Positions 38,354 through 47,904 of a stretch of 64,000 nucleotides of DNA are shown here, piece after piece (within the stretch, counting starts at the first letter, position 1; every line of letters starts with the position of its first letter). This DNA comes from Anaerohalosphaeraceae bacterium (GTDB taxonomy: Bacteria > Planctomycetota > Phycisphaerae > Sedimentisphaerales > Anaerohalosphaeraceae), in the NCBI GenBank assembly GCA_963675525.2, contig CAXXSL010000013.1, positions 384,001-448,000 on the forward strand, written 5' to 3'. The position numbers and the translations under genes were made by a program. A model generated the notes under the pieces. The model was not told where the DNA came from. It was given only the letters and a program-made list of their open reading frames with translations, and did no database searches.

Positions 38354-39979
38354 CTAACCGACCTGGGCACCAATATGCTGACTAATAACCTCGTTCAGCT
38401 TGGTGCGATCAATCGGTTTGGAGATATAGCCATTGCACCCGGCTTCGATACATTTTTCCTCATCGCCCATCATGGCGTTTGCCGTCACAGCAATGATCGG
38501 AGTCGTAAGCCCCTGACTTCGCAGTTGCCGGGTTGCTTCGTAACCGTTCATATTCGGCATTTGCATATCCATCAAAATGATATCATACGTTTCCAAATCA
38601 CATTTCTCAACTGCCTTTTGCCCATCATCTGCAATGGTGACTTCAAGTCCGATTTTCTGCAGCAAAATGGTTATCAGCTTCTGATTTGATGGATTGTCTT
38701 CTGCCACTAAAATTTTTCCATTGTACATATCTGTTCCTTTCTCTGCCTGTGTTAACTCGTTGAGTTCATCAATCAATTGGTACTTGTTCCAAATCGCAAT
38801 ATCATCTTTCGGTTCAATCCCGGTTGGTATCATAAGCGTAAAAACAGAGCCTTTATTCACTTGGCTTTCAACGGATAACTGCCCCTCCATCAATTCGCAT
38901 AGTTTCCGGACAATCGCCAACCCTAACCCGGCCCCGCCGTGTTTTCGAGACGTCGCCCCGTCGGCTTGGGTAAAGGAATCAAAGATGCGGGGCATCTTAT
39001 CTTCTGGAATTCCGACGCCGGTATCCTCCACGTCAAAACGCACATAAGAAACACCTTCCTTTTCTTCCATGGCAACACTCAGATAGACATAACCGTTCTC
39101 GGTGAATTTGATGGCATTGTTCACCAAATTGATAATACATTGTCGAAGGCGGATACTGTCTGTCTTGATAATCTGAGGGATTAATTCACACTGTAATATT
39201 TCGAAATTAATGTTTTTCTTAATTGCCATCGGCCGCATCATGGATTCAATATTATTCAGGATTTCCCCGATATTGCAGTCACCGATCTCAACATGAAACT
39301 TGTCGGCTTCCATTTTTGAGAAATCAAGTATGTCCTGGATTAATTCCAGCAGCGTCCGGCTGCTATCGCAAATCATTCTTATATGAACCTGGTGTTCCGG
39401 GCACATTTGGCATTCAGCCAGAATTTCGCTGAAGCCCATGATTGCATTCATGGGTGTTCGCAGTTCGTGGCTCATATTCGCCAGAAACTCATCCTTTGCG
39501 CGATTCGCTCCCATCGCCTCATGAGCCAGAACATTGGCCTGTTCCTCTGCGTGCTGACATTCACCTATCGTATGTCTTAACTGCGTGTTTGCCTGCTGCA
39601 GTTCAAAAGTCCGCTTGCGAATTTCCGATTCCATCCGTTGATTCATTTCAAACAGCTTTTCGCCAAATTGATTGAAGCCGGCCGCAATCATGCCAATTTC
39701 ATCGTCCGGCTGAATCTTTAATGGCTCAAATCGAAAATCTCTCTGCTGTTCTGCCGCCTGTTTAAGATAGGTGGCAATATATTTTAATCGTCGTCCAATC
39801 AATAAATGATAGACCGTATATGAGGCAGCCACGGAGGCCAGAATTCCGAGTATCATCACCTGCAAACAGGTGCCGCTGGCCTGCTGGTGTTGCTGATAAA
39901 CCAGAAACAGCGAAAATGCCGTTAAAAACGGCCCTGTCGCAATCAAAAATTTCATTCCTATAGTGTTTTGAAAACGCAT
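38354..39979 (-). CDS. Hybrid sensor histidine kinase (2 TM, HAMP, HisKA, HATPase, REC)
   Basis: FLANMSHELRTP, NAIKFT, DTGVG, GAGLGL, LMDMQMP. Confidence 0.95.
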   Translation of the reverse strand: MRFQNTIGMKFLIATGPFLTAFSLFLVYQQHQQASGTCLQVMILGILASVAASYTVYHLLIGRRLKYIATYLKQAAEQQRDFRFEPLKIQPDDEIGMIAAGFNQFGEKLFEMNQRMESEIRKRTFELQQANTQLRHTIGECQHAEEQANVLAHEAMGANRAKDEFLANMSHELRTPMNAIMGFSEILAECQMCPEHQVHIRMICDSSRTLLELIQDILDFSKMEADKFHVEIGDCNIGEILNNIESMMRPMAIKKNINFEILQCELIPQIIKTDSIRLRQCIINLVNNAIKFTENGYVYLSVAMEEKEGVSYVRFDVEDTGVGIPEDKMPRIFDSFTQADGATSRKHGGAGLGLAIVRKLCELMEGQLSVESQVNKGSVFTLMIPTGIEPKDDIAIWNKYQLIDELNELTQAEKGTDMYNGKILVAEDNPSNQKLITILLQKIGLEVTIADDGQKAVEKCDLETYDIILMDMQMPNMNGYEATRQLRSQGLTTPIIAVTANAMMGDEEKCIEAGCNGYISKPIDRTKLNEVISQHIGAQVG

Positions 39980-40225
39980 TTTTGTTCCTGTAAACCTGTC
40001 ATTTTGATAAATTAACAGCTTTTCGAGAGTTATATCGACAGACTCAAAAGGTGAATTAACTGCAAACTAAGGGATCAATCTGATATGCTGCAAAAGAAGA
40101 TTAAAACAGTTTATTATAGAGGCACAAAGGCCGATAACAAATATTTTGAAGCCTTTTGGTCATGTACCAGAATCTCTTCAGGAATTCTTCAGCCTAAAAA
40201 AGTCCTAAAATGAACGAAATTTTTT

Positions 40226-40274
40226 CGAAATATTTCGTAATTTTATTGACATATTTCGTTAATCCTGATATATT
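40226..40274 (+). promoter_or_regulatory. Promoter and palindrome upstream of the LacI gene
   Basis: CGAAATATTTCG at 40226-40237; TTGACA (40246)-17nt-TATATT with TG extension. Confidence 0.7.
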
Positions 40275-40281
40275 TTAAATG

Positions 40282-41346
40282 ATGGAAAAACGTAAAATAA
40301 ACCAAAAGGACATTGCCGATAGCCTGAAAGTTTCAGTGGCAACTGTCTCCAAGGCCTTACGGGGGGATTATTCCGACGTTAACTCACAGACCCGGGAGCG
40401 CATCGTCAACAGAGCCAGCCAATTGGGGTATGAGTTTGGAAGTCGGAAGCAACAGGCAATTACGGATGAGGAAGAAACTAAAAGTTACATGGTGGGGGTC
40501 CTCATCCTTCGCAAACTGCATGAATGGCAGCACACAAATTACTTTGCGGGAATGACGGAAAAATGTTCCAAGTTGAATGTTTCACTCATTCTGCACTATG
40601 TCAGTGAAGAAAACTGCCATCTCATTTTGGATAAAGAACACCAGCCACCGGCCATGCGAAACGGCGACCTTTCCGGACTTATCCTTGTCAATCGCTGGCC
40701 GCAGGAAGTTGTAGCAAAGCTGACGGCCCGGATGCCTTGTGTGTCCATCCAGCAAACCTATCCAAAAACCCGAATGGATATCATCGGCGTCGATGACACC
40801 CTTGGAATCGAGCGGTTGATGGAGCACCTTTATTCAATGGGACACCGTAAGATCGGTTTCTTTGGTAACTGCGGAAAGGTTTATAATGCACGAATGCGTT
40901 TGGCCGCCTACATCAGCACACTGGCGGAATTGAATTTTGAATTGGATCTTGCAAATGTGATTGATGTCAATCAAGGACATTTGGAAGATAAAGAAATTAT
41001 ATTGTCTGGGCAGATTGAATCCGTAAGCCGACGAATACAGCAAGGGGTTCGAGCGTGGGTCTGTGCCAGCGATTGGGTGGGATATTTGCTTTGCCGAGGA
41101 CTTATTGATAGGGGGTATAACATCCCGAAGGATGTTTCCATCGTCGGTTTTGATGACAGCGAAGATAACACGCTCGGATGCCCCAAACTGACCAGTATTA
41201 CCGTCCCGGCGCTTCGGATCGGTGCCGAAGCGCTGAGGCGGCTGATCAACCGTATCAAACATCCTTCCAGCCCCCCGCTGAAAGTGATGTTACCGTGTAA
41301 GTTATTTGAAGCCCAGACAACTTCTCCTCCTCCGAAGAAAGCGTAA
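40282..41346 (+). CDS. LacI-family transcriptional regulator
   Basis: QKDIA..LKVSVATVSKAL, IPKDVSIVGFDD, P.LTSI. Confidence 0.93.
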   Translation: MEKRKINQKDIADSLKVSVATVSKALRGDYSDVNSQTRERIVNRASQLGYEFGSRKQQAITDEEETKSYMVGVLILRKLHEWQHTNYFAGMTEKCSKLNVSLILHYVSEENCHLILDKEHQPPAMRNGDLSGLILVNRWPQEVVAKLTARMPCVSIQQTYPKTRMDIIGVDDTLGIERLMEHLYSMGHRKIGFFGNCGKVYNARMRLAAYISTLAELNFELDLANVIDVNQGHLEDKEIILSGQIESVSRRIQQGVRAWVCASDWVGYLLCRGLIDRGYNIPKDVSIVGFDDSEDNTLGCPKLTSITVPALRIGAEALRRLINRIKHPSSPPLKVMLPCKLFEAQTTSPPPKKA

Positions 41347-41366
41347 GCAGCCGGGGGGGCTGCTTA
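41344..41366. terminator. Hairpin between convergent genes
   Basis: TAAGCAGCC-GGGGG-GGCTGCTTA. Confidence 0.6.
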
Positions 41367-41423
41367 TGCTATCCATACATTGGTAATGGTCAATAACACT
41401 GGAATGTTCAATTCTTGCGCCGA

Positions 41424-42197
41424 TCAGGCGCTAAGTGTTGTTTTCTGCAGGAGGCCGCGGCAACGTTCGCAATTGCAGGCATGAACCTGACGAAGATTGG
41501 AACTTCCGAAAAGGGACTTGCTGTCAACCAATTTTGCACCTTTGGCCAGCATTTTACGTAATGCAACTCCGGCGGCCGTTTTTTCATGTGAACCAAGAGC
41601 GTCAGTAATCACCGTTACGGGTTTTTGGCGAAGCAGTAAGCCCAATACGGTGTGAAGTACCGCTGTTTCTACGGGGCCTCCGATTACCACAAATTCAGAG
41701 GCCTTTGTTTCGGTCAGAACCCTCTCGGCACGAGGCTCTTCAAAGGGATCATCCGTTCGTTTGCATAGAATAATCTGGTCATAATCGCGCAGCAATTCAC
41801 GGGGTAAGTCAGTGCTGTCCCCCGATTCGAAAACAACATGCCGATTCCGCAGGGTATAATGAAGCTTACAGATCCCATCCGTACCGGCAATACAGAAGTC
41901 GCCATTGTGACCGTCAGGGAAATGAACCTGTGCTGTCGAAATAACCCGAACATGGTCTCGACGGGCCCATGCCATGACCCGGCGGATATTGGTCAAGACA
42001 CGTCGATGATTACGAATACAGGCTTTTCCATCTGCCAGGAACAGATCGTTCTGGGTATCCACATCTATCAGAATACGCTTCTTTCGTAATGTTATGATTG
42101 GTCTAATCATTTCCGGTTCGTCATATAATTTAATTGGAATTTTAATCGCTTCCATGCTATTAAATACGTCCGTGAACCGCATTAGTTCTAGGTTCAT
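41424..42197 (-). CDS. Isochorismatase/cysteine-hydrolase family protein lacking the catalytic Cys; start uncertain
   Basis: IDVDTQNDLF, CIAGTDG, K in LCKRT, GGPVETAVLHT, TDA. Confidence 0.8.
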   Translation of the reverse strand: MNLELMRFTDVFNSMEAIKIPIKLYDEPEMIRPIITLRKKRILIDVDTQNDLFLADGKACIRNHRRVLTNIRRVMAWARRDHVRVISTAQVHFPDGHNGDFCIAGTDGICKLHYTLRNRHVVFESGDSTDLPRELLRDYDQIILCKRTDDPFEEPRAERVLTETKASEFVVIGGPVETAVLHTVLGLLLRQKPVTVITDALGSHEKTAAGVALRKMLAKGAKLVDSKSLFGSSNLRQVHACNCERCRGLLQKTTLSA

Positions 42198-42302
42198 TTT
42201 CGTATCGAACAGAAGAGTCCTTGACTTAATCAGATTTTCCCGGCAAAATGGGTTGTTCCGATAATAGTTTTGTTTTTTTATTTGGCCGGCACATTTAATT
42301 CA

Positions 42303-42935
42303 ATGCTTGAAAAAAATAATATAACGAGTTTCAACGCCGCGATTTCACCCAATGGCTTGGAGGGCTGGATCGATTTTGAGTCCATTTGGGAGCAAATTGC
42401 CCCTGTCGAAATGGAAATAGGGTCCGGCAAAGGCACTTTTCTTGTTGAACAGGCAAAAATGTTTCCCAGAATCAATTTTTTAGGCATCGAATGGGCAAAC
42501 AAATTTTATAAATACGCCGTAGATAGAATGGAACGATGGGGGTTATCCAATGTACGCGTTCTTCGCACAGACGCAGCAATCTTCATCAAAGAGCATATTC
42601 CCGACGCTTCGATACAGACGTTTCATTTGTATTTCCCTGATCCATGGCCCAAAAAGAAGCATCATAAACGCCGCTTTTTCTGTGACGACAATCTTGCCGA
42701 GATTTACCGAATTTTGAAACCGGACGGAATCATTAATATCGCCACGGACCATGAAAACTATTATGAGCAAATGACGGAGGTCGCGGGTAAGGCTATTGGG
42801 GCCGGTTTATTTAAAGAAATCCCCTTCATCCGCCCTGCCGGGGCAAAAGAGGGAGAGCTCGTTGGGACGAATTACGAACGAAAATACCTTAAAGAGGGAC
42901 GGCTAACCTATACGCTGTCGCTGCGAAAAAAATGA
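42303..42935 (+). CDS. trmB: tRNA (guanine-N7)-methyltransferase
   Basis: EIGSGKG, FPDPWPKKKHHKRR, ATD, TNYERK. Confidence 0.95.
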   Translation: MLEKNNITSFNAAISPNGLEGWIDFESIWEQIAPVEMEIGSGKGTFLVEQAKMFPRINFLGIEWANKFYKYAVDRMERWGLSNVRVLRTDAAIFIKEHIPDASIQTFHLYFPDPWPKKKHHKRRFFCDDNLAEIYRILKPDGIINIATDHENYYEQMTEVAGKAIGAGLFKEIPFIRPAGAKEGELVGTNYERKYLKEGRLTYTLSLRKK

Positions 42936-43663
42936 ACCAAGCAACCCTTGACATCCATACATACCAGACAATCCTTGAAGACCACAGGGATGCTTTTGGG
43001 CTTTTTGAAGAACTTCTGATCGACGAAAACAAGAAATTCAACCTGACACGGATTACATCGCCTCAGCAGGTGCGAACACGTCATTTTCTCGATTCGCTGG
43101 CGGGGCTTTGTGTACTGGATGGACTTGCAAAAGAACTTCAAAAACCACTGCGAATCTTGGATATAGGCTCAGGAGCGGGATTTCCGGGATTGGTGTTAGC
43201 ACTGGCTCGTCCGGACTGGTCGGTCGTATCACTGGAAGCGACCGAAAAAAAGGCCCGTTTCCAGCAAGCAGTTTATACGGCGCTAGGCCTTAACAATGTC
43301 AAAATTATCCACGGGCGGGCCGAAGAGTTGGCACATCAACCGCCCTTTCGCGAACAATTTGATGCAGTAACCGCACGGGCTGTGGCGGGCATGGCGACGC
43401 TGGTAGAGGTGACCCTTGGTTTTTCATGTAAAAGCGGTCTTGCGGTTTTCTGGAAAGGCCCGAATAGTGCTGCCGAAGCCGCCGATGCCGAAGTCGCAAT
43501 CAAACAAATGGGCGCCCATCTCGACAAAATCATCTCATACACGCTTGAGGATGAAACACAAGGAGCCCTTAATTTTTCACTGGTCGTCTGCCGAAAAATA
43601 AAACCGACTCCCCAAAAATACCCACGCGCATTCGGACTGATCATAAAAAAAACCCTAAAATGA
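42932..43663 (+). CDS. rsmG: 16S rRNA m7G527 methyltransferase
   Basis: NLTRI, HFLDSL, DIGSGAGFPG, RAEE, TARAVA. Confidence 0.95.
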   Translation: MNQATLDIHTYQTILEDHRDAFGLFEELLIDENKKFNLTRITSPQQVRTRHFLDSLAGLCVLDGLAKELQKPLRILDIGSGAGFPGLVLALARPDWSVVSLEATEKKARFQQAVYTALGLNNVKIIHGRAEELAHQPPFREQFDAVTARAVAGMATLVEVTLGFSCKSGLAVFWKGPNSAAEAADAEVAIKQMGAHLDKIISYTLEDETQGALNFSLVVCRKIKPTPQKYPRAFGLIIKKTLK

Positions 43664-43674
43664 CAGAGGAAGCC

Positions 43675-44010
43675 ATGAGTGACAAAAAAGCTTTTGTTGT
43701 AGCAATCAATGACAAAAAAGAATATCAGCGCCTCATTCCGGGCACACCGGAAACATACGGCATGAAATCCGGGCGCGTTTACCTGGAACCGGGCTGCGAA
43801 TGCGGCGTTCACAGTACCGAAGACAAAGAAGAACAACTTGTCTTTTTAGCCGGACATGGAACAGCAATCATTGGCGAAGAAGACATGGAAATCGGCATCG
43901 GAAACATCTGCTATATACCGCCGCAAACGGCGCACAACATCCTCAATACCGGTACTGATCCGCTTGTTTATATCTTCTGCGTAGCGCCTGTTCAATATAA
44001 TGCATCTTGA
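43675..44010 (+). CDS. Cupin domain protein
   Basis: HST..KEE..VFLAG.G and YIPPQTAH. Confidence 0.85.
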   Translation: MSDKKAFVVAINDKKEYQRLIPGTPETYGMKSGRVYLEPGCECGVHSTEDKEEQLVFLAGHGTAIIGEEDMEIGIGNICYIPPQTAHNILNTGTDPLVYIFCVAPVQYNAS

Positions 44011-44166
44011 CAGTGAGGCTTTCCGGATAATATGGAACAGATGTATATATCAAGAATCGAGTCTTGCGAGGGCATTGGATAAAAAGATGCAGATTGCTTT
44101 AGAAGTGAAAACTGTTCTAAAAGCCGATTTGCTCTCCACCGTATACGAGAAATCCGCCTGTGCGCT

Positions 44167-44526
44167 TTACTGAGCTACGACTCTCCAGCTCTGATTCAGC
44201 TCTTCCAGCAAATTAATCACTTCGTCAATTTTTTGAACGTTACAATGCAGATTTGCCTGGCTCAGATGCCGATGCATAAAAAGGTATAAACTCCGCAGGT
44301 TCTTTGCGATCTCCCCGCCATTGTCCATATCCAAAACGGCATTCAGTTCGTCGATAACATCCTGAGCTCTCGTGATATAGGTATTCTTTCCGGCGAAATC
44401 TTTTTCTTCAATTGCCTTCTTTGCCATATTGAGGAACTTCACAGCGCCCTCATACAGCATCACCACAAGCCGCTCTTTGCTTTGCGTTGTAACTGAATTT
44501 TCTTTATATGCAGAAAGTATGTTCAT
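44167..44526 (-). CDS. fliS: Flagellin export chaperone
   Basis: AY...V.T....LVVMLYEGA, LDM..GGEIA.NL.SLY. Confidence 0.93.
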   Translation of the reverse strand: MNILSAYKENSVTTQSKERLVVMLYEGAVKFLNMAKKAIEEKDFAGKNTYITRAQDVIDELNAVLDMDNGGEIAKNLRSLYLFMHRHLSQANLHCNVQKIDEVINLLEELNQSWRVVAQ

Positions 44527-44576
44527 GGCCCCTACCGCTCCCGACCAAACTGTCTGAGTTCAAAATAGTTTTTGAA

Positions 44577-44618
44577 AACCGGCAGATGGTGTCTTCTATC
44601 CGTAGCCATCTGCCGGTT
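44577..44618 (-). terminator. Hairpin between fliC and fliS
   Basis: AACCGGCAGATGG...CCATCTGCCGGTT, followed by TTTT on the minus strand. Confidence 0.7.
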
Positions 44619-44649
44619 AATCTCTGTTAAATACATCCCTCTTGTTATA

Positions 44650-45465
44650 CTACCGGAGCAGCGAAAGCGCCATCTGGGGTACTGTGTTCGCTTGAGCAAG
44701 CATCGAGATACCTGCCTGAGACAGTACCTGTGCACTTGTGAATCGAGCCATTTCAGTTGCCATGTCGACATCTGAAATACGGCTTTCGGCAACCTGAAGG
44801 TTTTCGGCCTGAATATCGACAACCGAAATGGTGCTTTCCAGACGGTTCATGCTGGAACCAAATGTCGCACGGGCTGCATCCTTTGTTTCAATCGCGGTTT
44901 CGATCACTGCCAGAGCAAGAATTGCATTCGCAGCAGTATCAAGCTGGGCACCAGCCGCATCCACAGCCAGCGTTGCTGAGGTCATATCAACCGCATCAAC
45001 ATCAATTGTCGTTGCCGTACCCACATGGATCGCAACGGTCGTCGCGGCGTTATCGAGCAGCGAAATACCATTGAATGTTGTGGCTTCTGTGATTCGGTCA
45101 ATTTCAGCGGCCAATTCAACAAACTCAGCATCCATCAATGCACGCTGGTCATCTGAATAGGAGCCCGTTGCAGACTGCTCAGCCAGTTCTTTCATACGAA
45201 CAAGAATGTCATCAATCGTAGCCATTGCACCTTCCATTGTCTGGAGCATGCTGATACCATCCTGTGCGTTACGGGAGCCTTGCCGTAAAACAGCAATTTC
45301 GGCTCGCATTGCTTCACGGACTGCCAGGCCGGCAGCATCATCTTTAGCACTATTGATGCGAAGACCTGACGACAGCTTTTCAATCGAACCTGCAAGGGCG
45401 TCATAGCTTTTGCCGAGATTCCTTGCTGCATTACCTGCCATTAAATTATTTTTGACTGCTAACAT
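44650..45465 (-). CDS. fliC: Flagellin (short, 271 aa)
   Basis: LSSGLRINSAKDDAAG, ESRISDVDMA, MLAQAN..PQ.ALSLL. Confidence 0.97.
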   Translation of the reverse strand: MLAVKNNLMAGNAARNLGKSYDALAGSIEKLSSGLRINSAKDDAAGLAVREAMRAEIAVLRQGSRNAQDGISMLQTMEGAMATIDDILVRMKELAEQSATGSYSDDQRALMDAEFVELAAEIDRITEATTFNGISLLDNAATTVAIHVGTATTIDVDAVDMTSATLAVDAAGAQLDTAANAILALAVIETAIETKDAARATFGSSMNRLESTISVVDIQAENLQVAESRISDVDMATEMARFTSAQVLSQAGISMLAQANTVPQMALSLLR

Positions 45466-45575
45466 CTTGATACTCCTAAAAAAAACTGTTTCGTCTGTCT
45501 ATATCCTTATATTTTCAGTGTTTCACCACATGCCCCAAGCACATGAGAACTCGCTGTCTTCCTGACACTCTTACT

Positions 45576-45602
45576 TTATCGAGGATTATTTTGTTTTCTT
45601 AA
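45576..45602 (-). promoter_or_regulatory. Sigma28-like promoter of fliC
   Basis: TTAA-N15-CTCGATAA about 110 nt upstream of the ATG. Confidence 0.6.
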
Positions 45603-45829
45603 GGGTAAATAACCCTAAATTCTGCACTCTGAGGCGGCGCCTATAAAAGCAGAAAAATTTGACTGACAGAGTCGATAAAATGGGATTATTTGAAGAAAAA
45701 AGATGAAATTTTGAAATTTTGTATAAATCCAGAGCTTATTTGGCTGCTCTGAGACTCCGAATTAGTCTTGTCTTTTCAGAAATGAACGGTATATCCCAAT
45801 GTATCCCTGTTTCCTGGAAAATTAACGCT

Positions 45830-47452
45830 TTAGGCAAACAGGTCAATGGATTCGCCATAAAACCCTCCGGAGAGGTTTATCCTGTTATTAACCGGATTTC
45901 CGACAACCGGAACAATGGATTTATAATCGGATTTCTGAGACCGAGTCGGTCGGTCCAAATCCGGATCTGTGTGTTGTTGGGCAAACTGACGGCCTTGCTC
46001 TGCAAATGACTGGTCAAGCAATTGGTCGGATACGGTAAGTTGTTTAACATCAACACCGGCATTCCGGATATCATGGATTAAACCCGGCATCAGGGCCTGA
46101 ATCTGCTGCCTCGTCGCTAACTGTGATACTTCGATAATTCCAACAACTTCATCCTGCTGGTCTTCAAATGTAATCCTGATCTGGCCCAACTCCTTTGGAT
46201 TGAGCTGAATCCGTAACTGATTATCAGACAAATCCGCCGAGCGGATCGAATCCGTCAACTGTTTGGTAATCACATCGGCAGTTGAAAGCTGAAGTTTTGC
46301 TTGACCGTCAGTCGTAGATACCTCGATCTTTCCAAAAGCATCCATCCAGTTCTCCTGAAATTCACCGGCAGCAGACTGGTTTGACGGCAGCACTTTTGTG
46401 TCAGAGTGAGCTAATTCCTTAATCTCAAATGGGTTTTGCAACGGACCCTCAACGACTGAGGTCACATCTTTCCCGCTCGCCAGATAATCCGGCATTGGTA
46501 TAAAGGTCTGAGAATCAGGGGTCGGTATGGCCGCCTGAACCGGCAAATCAGGCTGATTAGGGTTCGATATGGCCGCCTGAACCGGCAAATCAGGCTGATT
46601 AGGGTTTGGTATGGCCGCCTGAAACGGCAAGGAGGGTTGGCCACCCTGTGGATAGGACATTTGAGACATATTCCAGTGTTTGGGCACATTCGGCAAGTCT
46701 TGTGTTATTGTAGCGCCATTATCACAAAGATTCGGTAAATTAGAAAATGGATTGGTAAGATGTCTGTTTTGAACTACCTGCGTCTCCGGAAGGTTATTTT
46801 CAGGTAAGATGTGAACTTCCGCTGTCGACATCTCCTCCATAACCAATTTTTCGGTGTTTTGTATATCAGGAACCGGCAATTCGGATACGGATGAAAGAAT
46901 GGACAAAATCGCTTCATTTGACTTGTCCGCAACACTGCTTTGGGGAAGATCGTCAATTTGCTTGGCATCCGTTTGCGTATCGATACTCTCGGCCAAGGGA
47001 ACTGTTTCCGCAGATTCCGCAACCTGAAGTACTCGATCAGCCAATTCAATAACTTCATCATTTCTTTGACCAACAACCACTCGGACCTGTTTCCTGCCCT
47101 CAATCAGGCTTGGGATGATCGACTCAGAAGGACGGACGAAAAGGTTTTCGGGGACAGACGCTTCATCTTTGCTTTGAACCAATATATCATCACTCACTTT
47201 TTGCGTATAATTTATCGTATTATCTGGGGAAAACTGCATTTGGGGGTTTGCCTTTTTCGTTAATACCTCATTGAAGCTCAAAACTCGCTTATCGACGTCT
47301 GTCAAGTCATTCAGTTCCGATGGCGCTTTCAGCGTAGTGCCGTCCACAAAAATCATATCGTATATACTTACAGGAGCATTAGAGAAAACCGCCCCTTCCC
47401 GAGACCCTTTTTGCGGCGAGTCGCTGCCTAGTTTTTGCACATTAATCGTCAT
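45830..47452 (-). CDS. fliK: Hook-length control protein FliK-like
   Basis: Long low-complexity N-terminus; C-terminal LRIQLNPKELGQIRI...L....GV domain. Confidence 0.75.
   Translation of the reverse strand: MTINVQKLGSDSPQKGSREGAVFSNAPVSIYDMIFVDGTTLKAPSELNDLTDVDKRVLSFNEVLTKKANPQMQFSPDNTINYTQKVSDDILVQSKDEASVPENLFVRPSESIIPSLIEGRKQVRVVVGQRNDEVIELADRVLQVAESAETVPLAESIDTQTDAKQIDDLPQSSVADKSNEAILSILSSVSELPVPDIQNTEKLVMEEMSTAEVHILPENNLPETQVVQNRHLTNPFSNLPNLCDNGATITQDLPNVPKHWNMSQMSYPQGGQPSLPFQAAIPNPNQPDLPVQAAISNPNQPDLPVQAAIPTPDSQTFIPMPDYLASGKDVTSVVEGPLQNPFEIKELAHSDTKVLPSNQSAAGEFQENWMDAFGKIEVSTTDGQAKLQLSTADVITKQLTDSIRSADLSDNQLRIQLNPKELGQIRITFEDQQDEVVGIIEVSQLATRQQIQALMPGLIHDIRNAGVDVKQLTVSDQLLDQSFAEQGRQFAQQHTDPDLDRPTRSQKSDYKSIVPVVGNPVNNRINLSGGFYGESIDLFA
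46524..46630. repeat. 42-bp tandem repeat (about 2.5 copies) in fliK
   Basis: TATGGCCGCCTGAA at 46526, 46568 and 46610; encodes QAAIxNPNQPDLPV. Confidence 0.9.
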
Positions 47453-47467
47453 ATCATCCAAAATTAA

Positions 47468-47482
47468 GCAAAAACTATACCA
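47468..47482 (-). promoter_or_regulatory. Sigma54 promoter of fliK
   Basis: TGG-TATAGTTTTT-GC (GG-N10-GC). Confidence 0.7.
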
Positions 47483-47838
47483 GAATATATCCGTCCACCT
47501 CTTGATTTTTCCTTTATCTACTTATTTTACATAGACTTATGTCTTTTACAGTTATTTCTGATTCTTTTTTTAACATACTTTTTAAATTGTTTATTCGCAA
47601 TAAATATGCCCTAAAATGGAAAATTTTTCCTGTTTTTTGCCTACTGGGCCGCATTGATGAGAAAATTTCAGCCTCTCTCAGCCAAAATGAATTGTCTGTC
47701 AATCAGTTCTATTTTTTAACGATTCTGTTCAGAATCCTAACGTCCGAAAAGACCATAATACGGACGAAGCTTTATGATAAAGCCTGAAATAAGCTGAAAA
47801 TGCATATTTACAGTAAAAACGAGTCTTTTATTTCACGC

Positions 47839-47853
47839 TGGTATGTTTTTTGC
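47839..47853 (+). promoter_or_regulatory. Sigma54 promoter of the flgB operon
   Basis: TGG-TATGTTTTTT-GC (GG-N10-GC). Confidence 0.75.
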
Positions 47854-47904
47854 TCAATTACTTAAAGGCAACCTTCTACAGAAAAGAAAGGCCGGCAAAC
47901 GAAG

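Noticed and set aside
47514..47787. Small ORFs between fliK and flgB
   Set aside because: AT-rich regulatory spacer between sigma54 boxes; no protein-like signal
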